DNA of 64,000 bases, taken from the NCBI GenBank assembly GCA_050633305.1, contig JBOEGF010000018.1, positions 320,001 through 384,000 on the forward strand, read 5' to 3'. Both the position numbers and the translations under genes were made by a program. Positions 28,462-38,704 of this stretch are shown piece after piece. The DNA comes from Nannocystales bacterium (GTDB lineage Bacteria > Myxococcota_A > Polyangia > Nannocystales > Nannocystaceae). How positions within the stretch are numbered: the stretch's first letter is position 1; every line of letters begins with the position of its first letter. The notes beneath the pieces were generated by a model. That model was not told where the DNA came from, did no database searches, and saw nothing but the letters and a program-made list of their open reading frames with translations.

Positions 28462-29535
28462 GTGCCCCGCGATCGTCGCTTCCTGCTCTGGCCCGCGGTG
28501 TTGTGTGCGAGTTGGCTGATGGCGTGCGATGACGCCGCTGAGCCACCGATATCGGAAGCAGGGCCGCCGGCCGTAGCGCCCGTTGCGGAACCCGCGGCGG
28601 TGGTGCTGACGCCCCCGGGCTTCGACGCGGCACTCGCCCGGGGCATTGTTTCGCCATCTGTGGACGACGGCACGTACCGCGTCGATCCGTTTGTCGCCAC
28701 GCTTGTGTACGAACGGCTTCGCACCGACACCACGCCACTCGCATGGGTCGAGGCCGACGGACCGGCACCTGCGGGGTACCAGGTGGGGCCAGTCGAGGAG
28801 TCGGACGTGTTGTTCAAACTCGGGCTGCGGTCCGGCGACATTGTCGAGGCGCTCAACGGGGTTTCGTTGCAAACCGCGGAGCAGCGGGAGCTCGCGATCG
28901 ACGCCGCGGAGAATCGACTCACGGTCATGATCTTTCGCGAAGATCTCAGCTTCACGAATAGCTACCGATTCGATGGGGGCTTGGCGTGGCGAGATGTGAT
29001 CGGCGGGGCAGAAGAACCTGCGCCCCGCGACGAACCGAGCGTGGCCGAAGCGGGCGTGGAGCCGGGCGACGCGGCGGCGCCGATCGAGGCGGCCCACGAT
29101 GGGCCGACGTCATCGTCGAAGAAAACACGTCGAGTGACCCGGCCGGCGGCGAAGCCGAAGCGACCCAACACCAAGCCTCCGGCCCCACGTTCATCGGAGA
29201 TCCGCTGCTCGAGTGGGTCCGCGTGCACGATCACGAAACGAAAGTTCGACGACCTCCGCTCGTCCCCGAGCCGAATGCAAAAGGGCGTAGACATTGTTCC
29301 TGCGATCAGAAACGACGTCTTCAGCGGATACAAGCTCAAGCGGGTCAACGCGGGCTCGTCGGTCCACCAGCTTGGATTTCGCTCCGGAGACAAAATCACG
29401 CACATCAATGGCCGGGACCTCACTGACGACACCCAGGCGATGGCGCTCTACTGGTCGCTGGGCTCCTCCAAGGTCTTCAAGATCCGCTACGAACGCGGGG
29501 GGCGGAAGCAGGTCAAGACCGTCCGCGTCGTTTGA
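28462..29535 (+). CDS. GspC-like PDZ-domain lipoprotein (two PDZ-like units)
   Basis: Lipobox WLMAC; LGLRSGDIVEALNG and LGFRSGDKITHING. Confidence 0.75.
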   Translation: MPRDRRFLLWPAVLCASWLMACDDAAEPPISEAGPPAVAPVAEPAAVVLTPPGFDAALARGIVSPSVDDGTYRVDPFVATLVYERLRTDTTPLAWVEADGPAPAGYQVGPVEESDVLFKLGLRSGDIVEALNGVSLQTAEQRELAIDAAENRLTVMIFREDLSFTNSYRFDGGLAWRDVIGGAEEPAPRDEPSVAEAGVEPGDAAAPIEAAHDGPTSSSKKTRRVTRPAAKPKRPNTKPPAPRSSEIRCSSGSACTITKRKFDDLRSSPSRMQKGVDIVPAIRNDVFSGYKLKRVNAGSSVHQLGFRSGDKITHINGRDLTDDTQAMALYWSLGSSKVFKIRYERGGRKQVKTVRVV

Positions 29536-29579
29536 CCGAGACGCTCCGACCCCTGCTGTATGATAGAAGGCCACGCTCG

Positions 29580-30836
29580 ATGAAGCGGATTCTCCTGCGC
29601 GTCGGCGGACTCTTGGTCGTCCTTGCTGTGTTGTCCCTCGGGGCAGCCGTAGGATTGGCGTGGGTGCTGGGTCCGCCCACGTACGACGACTACGACGCAG
29701 GCGACTTCGAGTTCGACAGGCAAGGGGACGTGCTGGCCGGCAAGCGGATCGTTGAGCTCGCCTGCCTCCGCTGCCACTACGACCCGACGACTGACAGCCT
29801 TGCGGGCCGGCGACTCGCACCCGAGTTCAAGGCGTTGGGCCAAGCCCATGCCCCCAACCTGACCCAGGACGAGGTACGCGGCATCGGCTCGTGGACAGAA
29901 GCCGAGTTGGTGATGCTGCTTCGCTCCGGGGTTCACCCCCAGCGCAAGACACGGCTCCCGCCGTGGATGCCGTTTCACCCCAACATCTCCGACGTCGATC
30001 TCGCGAACCTCGTCGCATACCTTCGCAGCGACGACCCGTGGGTTACCCCGCAGCGGACCACGGAGACCAAGAGCAAGCTATCGCTGCGCTCGGTGTTGCG
30101 GGCGTGGATGGCCTGGGAGCCAGGCCCCGCGCAGCTCTCGGTCGTCGAGCGTCCGCGGGAGTCCGAACCCGTTGCGTTGGGTGCGTACCTGGCCAATGAT
30201 CTACTGCAGTGTCATGGCTGCCACAGCGCCTCGGCCGAGACGGTGAACTGGCTGGTCCCGCAGGATACTGCTGGGTTCTATCAAGGAGGGGCGAAGGTCA
30301 CCGACCTCGCGGGCAATACCGTCGTGGCGCCGGGACTGACGCCCTCGCCCAAGGCGGGCATCGGCGGTTGGACGTACGAGGAGTTTCGGCGCGCGCTCAC
30401 CGAAGGGGTGACGCCGGTCGGCAAGATCGTTCGCTGGCCGATGCCGACGTACCCGCGGCTGACCGAGGGGGAAACCTCGGCCATGTACGCCTATTTCCAG
30501 ACCCTGGCGCCGAACAACGCAAAACTCAAGCGGGCACCGCCCTACAGGGTGTCGCCGGAGATCGTGGACCCGGGCCGCCACCAGTTCGAGCGGCTTGGCT
30601 GTCCCAGCTGTCATGCGCCGGATGCCCTGGGTCCGCTGAGTCTGAAGAAGGTCCCCGAGAAGTACCCCGACGATGCGTCGTTGATCGAGTACATCTCCGA
30701 CCCTCGCTTCGTCGATCCCAACGCCTGGATGGGCGCATACGGAAAACTCGTGTCCGACGAAGAGATGACCGCGCTCGCCGAGTACGTGCGTCGCCGAGTT
30801 GAGCGTGGCCCCTACGCTCCGCCGCCCAAAGAGTGA
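29580..30836 (+). CDS. Triheme cytochrome c
   Basis: CLRCH, CHGCH, CPSCH; APNLT..GIGSW repeats; N-terminal anchor. Confidence 0.9.
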   Translation: MKRILLRVGGLLVVLAVLSLGAAVGLAWVLGPPTYDDYDAGDFEFDRQGDVLAGKRIVELACLRCHYDPTTDSLAGRRLAPEFKALGQAHAPNLTQDEVRGIGSWTEAELVMLLRSGVHPQRKTRLPPWMPFHPNISDVDLANLVAYLRSDDPWVTPQRTTETKSKLSLRSVLRAWMAWEPGPAQLSVVERPRESEPVALGAYLANDLLQCHGCHSASAETVNWLVPQDTAGFYQGGAKVTDLAGNTVVAPGLTPSPKAGIGGWTYEEFRRALTEGVTPVGKIVRWPMPTYPRLTEGETSAMYAYFQTLAPNNAKLKRAPPYRVSPEIVDPGRHQFERLGCPSCHAPDALGPLSLKKVPEKYPDDASLIEYISDPRFVDPNAWMGAYGKLVSDEEMTALAEYVRRRVERGPYAPPPKE

Positions 30837-31474
30837 GCGGCACCCCGCAGAAGGTCGGCGATGCTCACGGCGAGGTCCTGGACGAACTCGACGCGCAGCG
30901 ATGCCATATCCTCTCGAGCTAGGATATCTGCGATCACGGGCGACGGAAATGCGATCTGCCTCAGGCCGATGAGAAGCGCGTACATGCGGAGGAGGGTTCG
31001 CGGCCCTGACCCCTTGGGAAGCGGTGGCCACACGAGCTCCAGAGCCTCTCCCGCAGCATGAATCTGGTCTCGAAGCACCAGCTTGAACGCGAGCGCTGCT
31101 GGGGCGTCGACGTTCTGCTCCAGAATCGTGTGCAGGATGACGAGCAGGTCGCTGAGTGTGCGACGTGTCTCGAGACTGCTGGCGAACTCCTGTCCGAGGA
31201 CGTCGGGGTTCACCGTCGGAAGTGTCGCAAGGCGTTCGCGAAGCGCTCCGAACCACGCCACAAGCTCGCGCTCGAGCAGCGCGAGGAACAGCTCCTCCTT
31301 GCTACGGAAGTAGAGGTAGAGGGTGCCCTTGGCGAGGCCACTTTGGGCGGCCACCTGCGCCATCGTGATGCGAGCGTAGGGATGCGAGCCCAGCAGGGCA
31401 TCGGCCTCGGAGAGGATCGCGGCGCGTCGGGCCTGTTTGTCTTCGTGGTTTCGGGCTCGCTGACGCAGCGCCAT
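30812..31474 (-). CDS. TetR family regulator
   Basis: TMAQVAAQSGLAKGTLYLYFRSKEELF; TGATG coupling to ALDH. Confidence 0.92.
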   Translation of the reverse strand: MALRQRARNHEDKQARRAAILSEADALLGSHPYARITMAQVAAQSGLAKGTLYLYFRSKEELFLALLERELVAWFGALRERLATLPTVNPDVLGQEFASSLETRRTLSDLLVILHTILEQNVDAPAALAFKLVLRDQIHAAGEALELVWPPLPKGSGPRTLLRMYALLIGLRQIAFPSPVIADILAREDMASLRVEFVQDLAVSIADLLRGAAHSLGGGA

Positions 31475-32901
31475 CAGTGCACCAGCTTCCGCAAGATGCG
31501 GCGCTTCGTGTCGTCGTAGGGCGGGTACTTCACCGACGGGTCGAGGAAGTTGGCGGTCTTGAGCACGCCCTTCTTGTGGGAGAAGGCCTCGAACGAGTGG
31601 TGTCCATGGTAGGCGCCCAACCCACTGCTTCCGACCCCGCCAAAGGGCAGCTTGTGGTCGCTGAAGTGCAGCAACGTATTGTTGATGCATCCGCCCCCGA
31701 ACGAGACGCGGTCGAGGATGAGCTGCTCCTCGGAGGCGGTTGTGGTGAACAGATACAACGCCAAGGGGTTGGGGTTCTTCCCGATGGTTTCGACAACCTC
31801 ATCGAGGCTCTCGAAGTCGAGGACCGGGAGGAGGGGGCCGAAGATCTCCTGGCCCATGACTTTGTCGTCCAGGGTCACCTCGGTCATCACCGTGGGGGAG
31901 ATGTAGCGGTCGGCGGCGTCGGTCTTGCCCCCGTGGGCAACCTTGGCCTCGTCGATGAGTCCGGCGACGCGGGCGAAGTGCCGGTCGTTGATGATCCGCC
32001 CGTAGTCCGGGCTTTGCTGCGGATCCTCGCCATAGAACTCGGTGGCTGCCTTGCTGATCTTCTCGACGAGTTCGGCTCGCACGGAGCTGTGGGCGAGGAC
32101 GTAGTCCGGCGCAATGCAGGTCTGACCGGTGTTGAACCACTTGCCCCACGCGATGCGCTTGGCCGCGACGTCGATGTCGGCGCTGGGGGTGACGATCGTC
32201 GGACTCTTGCCCCCGAGCTCGAGGGTGACCCGGCTGAGATGCTCTGCGCCAGCTTTTGCGTAGATGCGTCCGACGTCCGTGCCCCCCGTGAAGAAGATGT
32301 GGTCCCACCGGTGCTCGAGCAGCGCTTGGGATGTTTCGATTCCGCCCTCGACGGTGGCGACCCACGCGGGGTCGAAGGCATCATCGATGATGGCTTTGAC
32401 GACGGCCGATGACGCGGGCGCGAGCTCCGAGGGCTTGACCACGCAGATGTTGCCCGCAGCGACTGCACCAACGAGGGGAGCGAGCGAGAGCTGCACGGGG
32501 TAGTTCCACGGGCCCACGATCAGCGTCGCTCCAAGTGGCTGGGAGACCAGCATGCTTCGCGAAGGGGCTGCGGCCAGCGGCGAGAACATCTTCTTGGGGC
32601 GCATCCACTTGCCGACCGATTTGATCGCGTTGCGGAGTTCGCCCGTGACGTAGCCGACTTCAGAGAGGTAGGCCTCGGTCGAGGGGCGATGCATGTCTTC
32701 ATGCAGCGCGTCGATGATGTCCGGCTCGTGCTTCTGAACCGAGGCGAGGAACGCCCGCAGCGCCTCTTCTCGAGCCTCTCGGGGCAGCGTGTGGCCGGCC
32801 GCGAAGTACTTTCGCTGCGTCTCGAGCACCGATGCGATCGCGGGCGCGACGTCAGCCGCGGTGGCGGGGCTGGTGGGGCTTTGTCGAGAACCGTCCGGCA
32901 T
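31474..32901 (-). CDS. Aldehyde dehydrogenase (ALDH3/fatty aldehyde type)
   Basis: PWNYP, KPSE, FTGG, LELGGKSP, GQTCIAPDY, EIFGP. Confidence 0.95.
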   Translation of the reverse strand: MPDGSRQSPTSPATAADVAPAIASVLETQRKYFAAGHTLPREAREEALRAFLASVQKHEPDIIDALHEDMHRPSTEAYLSEVGYVTGELRNAIKSVGKWMRPKKMFSPLAAAPSRSMLVSQPLGATLIVGPWNYPVQLSLAPLVGAVAAGNICVVKPSELAPASSAVVKAIIDDAFDPAWVATVEGGIETSQALLEHRWDHIFFTGGTDVGRIYAKAGAEHLSRVTLELGGKSPTIVTPSADIDVAAKRIAWGKWFNTGQTCIAPDYVLAHSSVRAELVEKISKAATEFYGEDPQQSPDYGRIINDRHFARVAGLIDEAKVAHGGKTDAADRYISPTVMTEVTLDDKVMGQEIFGPLLPVLDFESLDEVVETIGKNPNPLALYLFTTTASEEQLILDRVSFGGGCINNTLLHFSDHKLPFGGVGSSGLGAYHGHHSFEAFSHKKGVLKTANFLDPSVKYPPYDDTKRRILRKLVH

Positions 32902-32908
32902 CCTTCGA

Positions 32909-32936
32909 ATGTTAGTGACCCCCGGTCATTTGTCAA
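32909..32936 (-). promoter_or_regulatory. Sigma-70 promoter of ALDH-tetR with a palindromic operator in the spacer
   Basis: Minus strand TTGACA-N16-TAACAT; TGACC-N3-GGTCA at 32916-32928. Confidence 0.65.
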
Positions 32937-32958
32937 TCAGGCTGGTATCGTGACGACG

Positions 32959-33558
32959 ATGAGCGTTCGGCGGCGCGCGGATGTGGAGTCCTCGCGAACA
33001 TCGATTCTCGATGCGGCCCAACGGCTGTTCCTCGAACACGGGTATGCGGGAACGTCGATGAGCGAGATCGCCAAGGCGTCCGGGGTGACCAAGAGCCTCA
33101 TCCATCATCACTTCGGTACGAAGGACGCGCTGTGGCAGATGGTCAAGCGCTCCGCGTTCGCCGCCTACCACGCAAGGCAGAAGGAACTGCTTGCAGGCCA
33201 TCCGCTCACGGTCGAAACCGCCAAGGCCTCGATGCGGATCTACTTCGAATTCCTCGCTGAGAACCCTCAGGTTCTTCGGATGATGTGGTGGATGCTGCTC
33301 GGCAACGAAGACGATCGCTCCAACGAGTTGGTTGCCGAGCTTGGTGAGCTTGGCGTGGCCCAGATTCGCGGGCTGCAGGACGAAGGGCTCATTCGGCGTG
33401 ATCTCCGGCCCGAGTCGGTCCTGTGTGGATTCCTGGGGCTTATCCACTCGGCCTTCACCGAGGATTGGTTGCTGACCTTCCGTGGCGTTTCGCCGACGGC
33501 CTACATCGACGAGGCGTGGGAGATGTTCGCGCACGGGGTCATGCTCGATCGGCAGTGA
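32959..33558 (+). CDS. TetR family regulator
   Basis: ILDAAQRLFLEHGYAGTSMSEIAKASGVTKSLIHHHFGTKDAL. Confidence 0.92.
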   Translation: MSVRRRADVESSRTSILDAAQRLFLEHGYAGTSMSEIAKASGVTKSLIHHHFGTKDALWQMVKRSAFAAYHARQKELLAGHPLTVETAKASMRIYFEFLAENPQVLRMMWWMLLGNEDDRSNELVAELGELGVAQIRGLQDEGLIRRDLRPESVLCGFLGLIHSAFTEDWLLTFRGVSPTAYIDEAWEMFAHGVMLDRQ

Positions 33559-34304
33559 CTCGCCGCAGAGTTTGCCGGCCACAGGCTCGCGGGTTGGCTC
33601 ACCGTGACGGTGTGCTCCCCCGATTTGCAGTGATCGCCGTGCTGGCCGTTTGCACCTGCGCCCATGGTGAGCCGGAGCCGGTCCAGCCTCCGACCGCCGA
33701 GCCCGAGCAGCCGTTGAGTACGGCGTCGATGGAGCATCACTTCGAAGAGGCCGATGAGATGCGTCGGGCCGCGTTTCGTGGGGAGGTCGACACCGTTCGA
33801 GAGGTGGCGAAGGCGTTTGGAGCTCGGGTCGCGGAATCGACCTACCCGCAACCGTGGGGTCCCGCGGTCGAACGGCTGGAGGGGGTTCTCGCCGCCGCCG
33901 CCACGGTCGACGACGTCCGCAGCACGGCGAGCCTGATCGGCGAGGTGGGAGCATCGTGCGGGGCATGTCATCGTGAGAACAATGTCCCGGTCGAGCGCGA
34001 GTGGCCGATCGAAGCGGACCCCGAGCATCGAATGGATACGTTCGACTATGCGACCGAGCTGTTGTGGCTGGGGTTGATCGTACCCTCGGACGAAGCGTGG
34101 GGACGAGGCGCGGACGCGTACCACGCGGCGCTGAGCTGCGAGGGATTCGAGTCGGTTCCGGTAGGACCCGTACACATGAGTGCCTGTAGCAGCGCGCGGG
34201 CGACGGGGGCTTCGGTGGTCCGGGCGGGCGACGAGGCATCGCGCAGTCGGGCGTTTGCGGATGTGGTCCTGCACTGCGCCGGTTGCCATTCTCAGGGCTC
34301 CTAG
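33555..34304 (+). CDS. Diheme cytochrome c'-like protein
   Basis: CGACH and CAGCH each end a helical half; start uncertain. Confidence 0.75.
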   Translation: MTRRRVCRPQARGLAHRDGVLPRFAVIAVLAVCTCAHGEPEPVQPPTAEPEQPLSTASMEHHFEEADEMRRAAFRGEVDTVREVAKAFGARVAESTYPQPWGPAVERLEGVLAAAATVDDVRSTASLIGEVGASCGACHRENNVPVEREWPIEADPEHRMDTFDYATELLWLGLIVPSDEAWGRGADAYHAALSCEGFESVPVGPVHMSACSSARATGASVVRAGDEASRSRAFADVVLHCAGCHSQGS

Positions 34305-34368
34305 GGGCTTTCCGCGGAGAAGATCACTTTCTTGTGATCCAAACGGCCGGTTTGGTCTCTACCCCCGC

Positions 34369-35346
34369 GTGCGCCAAACTTGGTTGTTGCTGTTCGTCCT
34401 GCCCGGATGTTTTGAATCACCCACGAACTCCATCTCGCTCGACGACGACGACGACGACCCGATGAGCATGACCACCGGTGCGAGTTCATCGAGCGCGGGG
34501 ACGAGCCCGACGCCCGGGGGGAGTACATCTTCGATGGGCACGAGCTCCGTTGGCTCCTCGTCGTCGCCGGAGGCGGATTCGTCTCCCGGCTCGACGAGCG
34601 ATGACCCCGCCTCGGCCGGAAGCGTGGCGTCATCTGGGGAGCGCACCACATCGAGTACGTCCGCAGAGTCGCTCGAGGGCTCGACGAGCGACGAAGCCGG
34701 GACGACGGGCGGGACCCCCGACTCTTGCGGCGACGGCGTGCTCGAGGACGACGAGGTGTGTGACGAGGGCGAGAACAACGGCGTCGAGGCGGGGGACTGC
34801 GCTCCGGACTGCAGTGCGTTGATTCAGGAGCGCATGATCGTCGTCGCCACGACCAACTTGGCGTCCTCGTTCGCCCTCGGAAGCGACACCGTGGTTGGGG
34901 TCGTCGATGACGCATGCGTCGCCGAGTTTGGGGCGGGTGCCGTGTCGATGTTCGCGCACGGAGATGAACGCCGCGCGACGGTGGGCCCCTACGCCGGAGA
35001 CGGAGCGATCGACTGGGTCCTCGAGCCGTGGACCCGATACGTCAACGACGCGGACGAGCTGGTGTGGACCACCGAGTCCATCGCGTTGTTGGGTGTGGAT
35101 GGGGCAGGGGGTACTCACGACCTGCTGCACCCGCTTTGGCTCTCGCCGGAGAACAACCCCGCGTTCACCGGGATGAACACGGACTGGACCACCCAGGAAG
35201 ACGCCGATTGCAACGGGTGGACGATGCCCGCGGGCGGGACGATGGCGTCGGGCAACCCTTGGTTTGTCGGAGATTGGGATTTCTTACGGCTGCCCGGGAC
35301 GTCCAACTGTGGCAACAGCCGCGGGTTCTACTGCGTCCTGCCCTGA
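34369..35346 (+). CDS. Lipoprotein with Myxococcus Cys-rich repeat and DUF1554-like C-terminal domain
   Basis: Lipobox LPGC; Ser/Thr linker; CGDGVLEDDEVCDEG..C..DC; CNGWT..C..FYCV. Confidence 0.75.
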   Translation: MRQTWLLLFVLPGCFESPTNSISLDDDDDDPMSMTTGASSSSAGTSPTPGGSTSSMGTSSVGSSSSPEADSSPGSTSDDPASAGSVASSGERTTSSTSAESLEGSTSDEAGTTGGTPDSCGDGVLEDDEVCDEGENNGVEAGDCAPDCSALIQERMIVVATTNLASSFALGSDTVVGVVDDACVAEFGAGAVSMFAHGDERRATVGPYAGDGAIDWVLEPWTRYVNDADELVWTTESIALLGVDGAGGTHDLLHPLWLSPENNPAFTGMNTDWTTQEDADCNGWTMPAGGTMASGNPWFVGDWDFLRLPGTSNCGNSRGFYCVLP

Positions 35347-35362
35347 CCGAAGCGACCGGGTC

Positions 35363-35767
35363 CTACAAGAACTCGCGGGCGACCATCGCGTGTCGCATCA
35401 GGGTCCGGTACTCCTGGGGTCCGATTCGCAAGGACTGTGCAATGCGGGCCATCAGCGCATCCTCTTCATCGACGATCTCGCCGTCGGCACTCGCGATCGC
35501 GAACGCCACGGACAACACGAGGCGCTTTTGCTCGTGCTCGAGGCTGTCGGCGTGTTCTGCCAAGAGATCGTGAAGTCGGACCCCGCTGGCGACTTGCTCG
35601 TTGATCAGAGCCACGATGGCTTCCGGTTCCAGCGTCCGCTTGAACCGTCGACGCATGATCCACTGGATGCGGACCAACTCGTTCGTGTCGACGTGACCGT
35701 CGACCCTCGTCATCAGGACCATCGCACGCCGCAGCAGAGTCGCGAAACGGTCCTCGTCCAACACCAC
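35363..35767 (-). CDS. TerB-like protein
   Basis: DGHVDTNE and ADGEIVDEE repeats. Confidence 0.8.
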   Translation of the reverse strand: MVLDEDRFATLLRRAMVLMTRVDGHVDTNELVRIQWIMRRRFKRTLEPEAIVALINEQVASGVRLHDLLAEHADSLEHEQKRLVLSVAFAIASADGEIVDEEDALMARIAQSLRIGPQEYRTLMRHAMVAREFL

Positions 35768-35836
35768 GTTTAATCTACCACCACCTTGTCAGCTCGCAGT
35801 TCGCTGCTACGTTGGCGAGCTGTTGGAGTCCCCCTC

Positions 35837-36271
35837 ATGGATGATCTGCACATCAAGACGCCCGCGGGCGCGCTGGTTGTCCCTGCGCGCGACATGTCGT
35901 GGACGGCGGCCCGGTCTTCCGGGCCCGGAGGGCAGAACGTCAATCGTGTCGCGTCCAAGGTCGACCTGCGTTTCGATCTCGCGGCCAACGAATCGCTGAG
36001 CCCCCAGCTTCGGGCGCGCATTGCCGAGCGATGCTCGACCCGGATCGATGCACGGGGGCGGCTCGTCGTCGTGTCGCAGTCGGCCCGTACCCAAGCCGGA
36101 AATCTGGCGTTGGCTCGTGAGCGACTCGCTGAGATCATCGAAGGGGCCACGCACGTGCGCAAGACGCGTCGAAAAACCAAGCCGTCCCGCGGCTCGGTCC
36201 GGCGTCGCCTCGAGGCGAAGAAGAAGACCTCCGAGAAGAAGTCTGCCCGCCGCTATACCCCGGAGTCCTGA
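35837..36271 (+). CDS. arfB: Alternative ribosome-rescue peptidyl-tRNA hydrolase
   Basis: RSSGPGGQNVNRVASKV; basic tail RKTKPSRGSVRRRLEAKK. Confidence 0.92.
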   Translation: MDDLHIKTPAGALVVPARDMSWTAARSSGPGGQNVNRVASKVDLRFDLAANESLSPQLRARIAERCSTRIDARGRLVVVSQSARTQAGNLALARERLAEIIEGATHVRKTRRKTKPSRGSVRRRLEAKKKTSEKKSARRYTPES

Positions 36272-36290
36272 GGCCGAGGCACGGCGGCTG

Positions 36291-37415
36291 CTAGAAGTGC
36301 AGCGCCAATCCGGTGGCCGTGGGCTCGATCGCAACCTTGGGCGGGGGCTCCGTGCGGGGCGTGTCCGCTCCTTCTTTGGGGTCGGCCTCCGGGGTCGCGA
36401 GCGTGCGTCGCTCCAGCACACCACCGCCGACTCGCAACCCGATGCCGATCGGCAGGAAGACCGCCGCTGCGATCAGCCCGCCAAAGCCCACCTGACCAGA
36501 CAGCAGGAAGCCATTTCGGCGACGTCTGTCTTCCTCGGCGGTCGCAAGGGTCGGCGAGTTGGGATCGCCGGTGGATGAGTTGTCGAGCACAACCTTGTAC
36601 GCGGTCCGTGCGAGCGCGCCTCCGAGACCCACTCCAGCCGCGGTTGCACCGACCACGATGAGCCCGATGCCCGCGCCGTTGAGACGACGCGCTGAAGCGA
36701 GCTTCTTCTCTCGTTCGATGCGTCGCTTCTCGAGAGCTTCGAGTTCGTCGGCACTGGGACCGTTGACGATCACCCGGTTGCGCTCGGCCTCCTTGTTCTC
36801 TTCGAGCTCGATCTGCGCTTCGAGCTTCTCGATCATGTTTTGCACGTAGTCCGCTTCTCGGGCGCTGTAGCTCGAGTCGGTGTTCATGCGTTTTTGGTAG
36901 TTGATGAAGAAGCTCTTGGACTGGCGGAGGTGGTCGATGTCCGGATCGAGCTCGTACCAGCGGCGGTGGGCCTGCCCCAAGTTGAACAGGAGCTGGGGCA
37001 CGGGCGCCAGCTTCCAGGCGGTCTCAAACTTGGAGATCGCATCTTCGTACTGGCCCAGCTCGTAGAACATCGAGCCTTCTCGGAACAGCGCTGCCGCTTC
37101 TTGTTCCGCGGGATCGGGCTCCTCGGCGACCGGCTCTCCGGGGGGCGGCTCGGCCGGGGCGGTGTCGCTCGGTTCGCCGTCTGCGGAGGCCTCATCGGTG
37201 GGCTGCTCCGCCGTGGGGTCGCCGTCGGAGGGCGTGTCCTCTGGGGTCGCAGTGGGTTCGGCCGACTCTGGGGCCGCAGCGGGTTCGGCCGACTCTGGTG
37301 CCGCGTCGTCGGACGGGGGCGCGGCCCAGGCCACTGAACTCTGAAGGACGGCAGCAGCGCAGAGACCGGCGCAGGTGCGGGCGAAGGCGATGTTGGGCGT
37401 TCGCTTCATGGTCAT
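36291..37415 (-). CDS. Exported TPR protein with C-terminal TM segments
   Basis: Signal peptide; FYELGQYEDAISKFETAW..LLFNLGQA; hydrophobic C-terminal hairpin. Confidence 0.8.
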   Translation of the reverse strand: MTMKRTPNIAFARTCAGLCAAAVLQSSVAWAAPPSDDAAPESAEPAAAPESAEPTATPEDTPSDGDPTAEQPTDEASADGEPSDTAPAEPPPGEPVAEEPDPAEQEAAALFREGSMFYELGQYEDAISKFETAWKLAPVPQLLFNLGQAHRRWYELDPDIDHLRQSKSFFINYQKRMNTDSSYSAREADYVQNMIEKLEAQIELEENKEAERNRVIVNGPSADELEALEKRRIEREKKLASARRLNGAGIGLIVVGATAAGVGLGGALARTAYKVVLDNSSTGDPNSPTLATAEEDRRRRNGFLLSGQVGFGGLIAAAVFLPIGIGLRVGGGVLERRTLATPEADPKEGADTPRTEPPPKVAIEPTATGLALHF

Positions 37416-38308
37416 CCTCCCGTCGTGGCGGAGGTGCTCACGCCATCGGTGTCGGTGTCGGTGTCCTCGTCCATGCACTCCGCGAGCGCGTCTTCCAGCG
37501 CGTTTTCGCAGAGCTGGTCCGCCGCGGTCTTGCCCTCGGCATCGGGAATGCAGACCGTTCCCGACCTCCAGGCGAGGCCATCAGGCCCGAAGAAACGCTC
37601 GAAGTCGTCGGCTTCGTCGGTCTCGAACTTGGGTCGCCCGTCCTGGAAGCACATGTCGAACACCTGCTGACAGGCGGGCGGCTGGTTGCAGAACTGGCAC
37701 TCGCCCGCAAGCTCGTCGATGTCACGGCAGCTCGGGGAATCGCAGCTGCTGCACCGGAGGACGACGGTGACGTCCTCGGGCTTGGAGACGACGAACTCGC
37801 CGTCCGGGTTGCCATCTCCGTCCACATCGCCGTCCGGGGCCACGTTCCGAGCGACCGCGAACTGCTGGGTTTCAATCTTGTGGCACAGCGGCGGCACTTG
37901 GTCGCAGATGTTGGCGTCGACGACGTAGCCGAACTGGATGCGGCCGCGCTCCTCACCCTCGAGCCCGTCGATGAACGTCCACTGAATCTCGTCCGAGCCG
38001 GGAAACTGGATGCCGCCCCCGACCACGTTGCTGTGGTCTGCGGAAAACTCGAGGTCGACCGTGAAGGCTTGCCCCGGGTTTGCAACGATGACGTCCTCGT
38101 TGGAGATGATGCTGACCGACTCGTCGAACGCGGGATCGAGCAGCGGACCTTGAGGATCGCCGGTGTTGAACGGGGAACCGTCGGTTCCGCCGGACTGTCC
38201 CGCGAGGATCTCGGCGGGGTTGCCGTCGCCGGGGTACGGGGTGAGGAGACCGCACCCAACCCCCGCGGCCAGTCCGCCGAGCACGTAGACCAAGAAGCCC
38301 CGTTGCAT
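37412..38308 (-). CDS. Cys-rich lipoprotein
   Basis: Lipobox GVGC; DGDVDGDG loop; ATGA overlap with the downstream gene. Confidence 0.75.
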   Translation of the reverse strand: MQRGFLVYVLGGLAAGVGCGLLTPYPGDGNPAEILAGQSGGTDGSPFNTGDPQGPLLDPAFDESVSIISNEDVIVANPGQAFTVDLEFSADHSNVVGGGIQFPGSDEIQWTFIDGLEGEERGRIQFGYVVDANICDQVPPLCHKIETQQFAVARNVAPDGDVDGDGNPDGEFVVSKPEDVTVVLRCSSCDSPSCRDIDELAGECQFCNQPPACQQVFDMCFQDGRPKFETDEADDFERFFGPDGLAWRSGTVCIPDAEGKTAADQLCENALEDALAECMDEDTDTDTDGVSTSATTGG

Positions 38309-38704
38309 CGGCTCTCGTATATCACGCGCGCGCTCGACGGCGCGGGTTGTGTCGGCAGCTAAATGCCGGAAAGATCTTCGGAAAGCCTGTTTCGTCGGTT
38401 CGGGCCCCGCCCGGTCGACCGCTCTCATTGCGGTGTCAGGTCCCGAGAAAACCAGCCTCGTCGGGGGCTCGGGGTTCTCCGCAGAACGCGGGAGGCGTTG
38501 GCGTTGGTCGGGTTGCCGCACTGGCGGGTTCACGCTGTTGGACACGGAGGTCTACAGGGCGCTCTCGTGATCGTGGGTGTTCGGAATAGCGCAGACGGGC
38601 TGAGCAGCGGAACGCGTGAGGATGCCCGGGGGGCGCGCACGCTGCGGCGGGCTGGGACGCCGGAGAGGCGCGCCCGAACGGCGGCCTGATATCTTCCCCG
38701 CCTC

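Noticed and set aside
37254..37305. 27-bp coding repeat, plus TEGTD (about 38830-38895) and GKK (about 60905-60930) repeats
   Set aside because: Ordinary low-complexity protein linkers.
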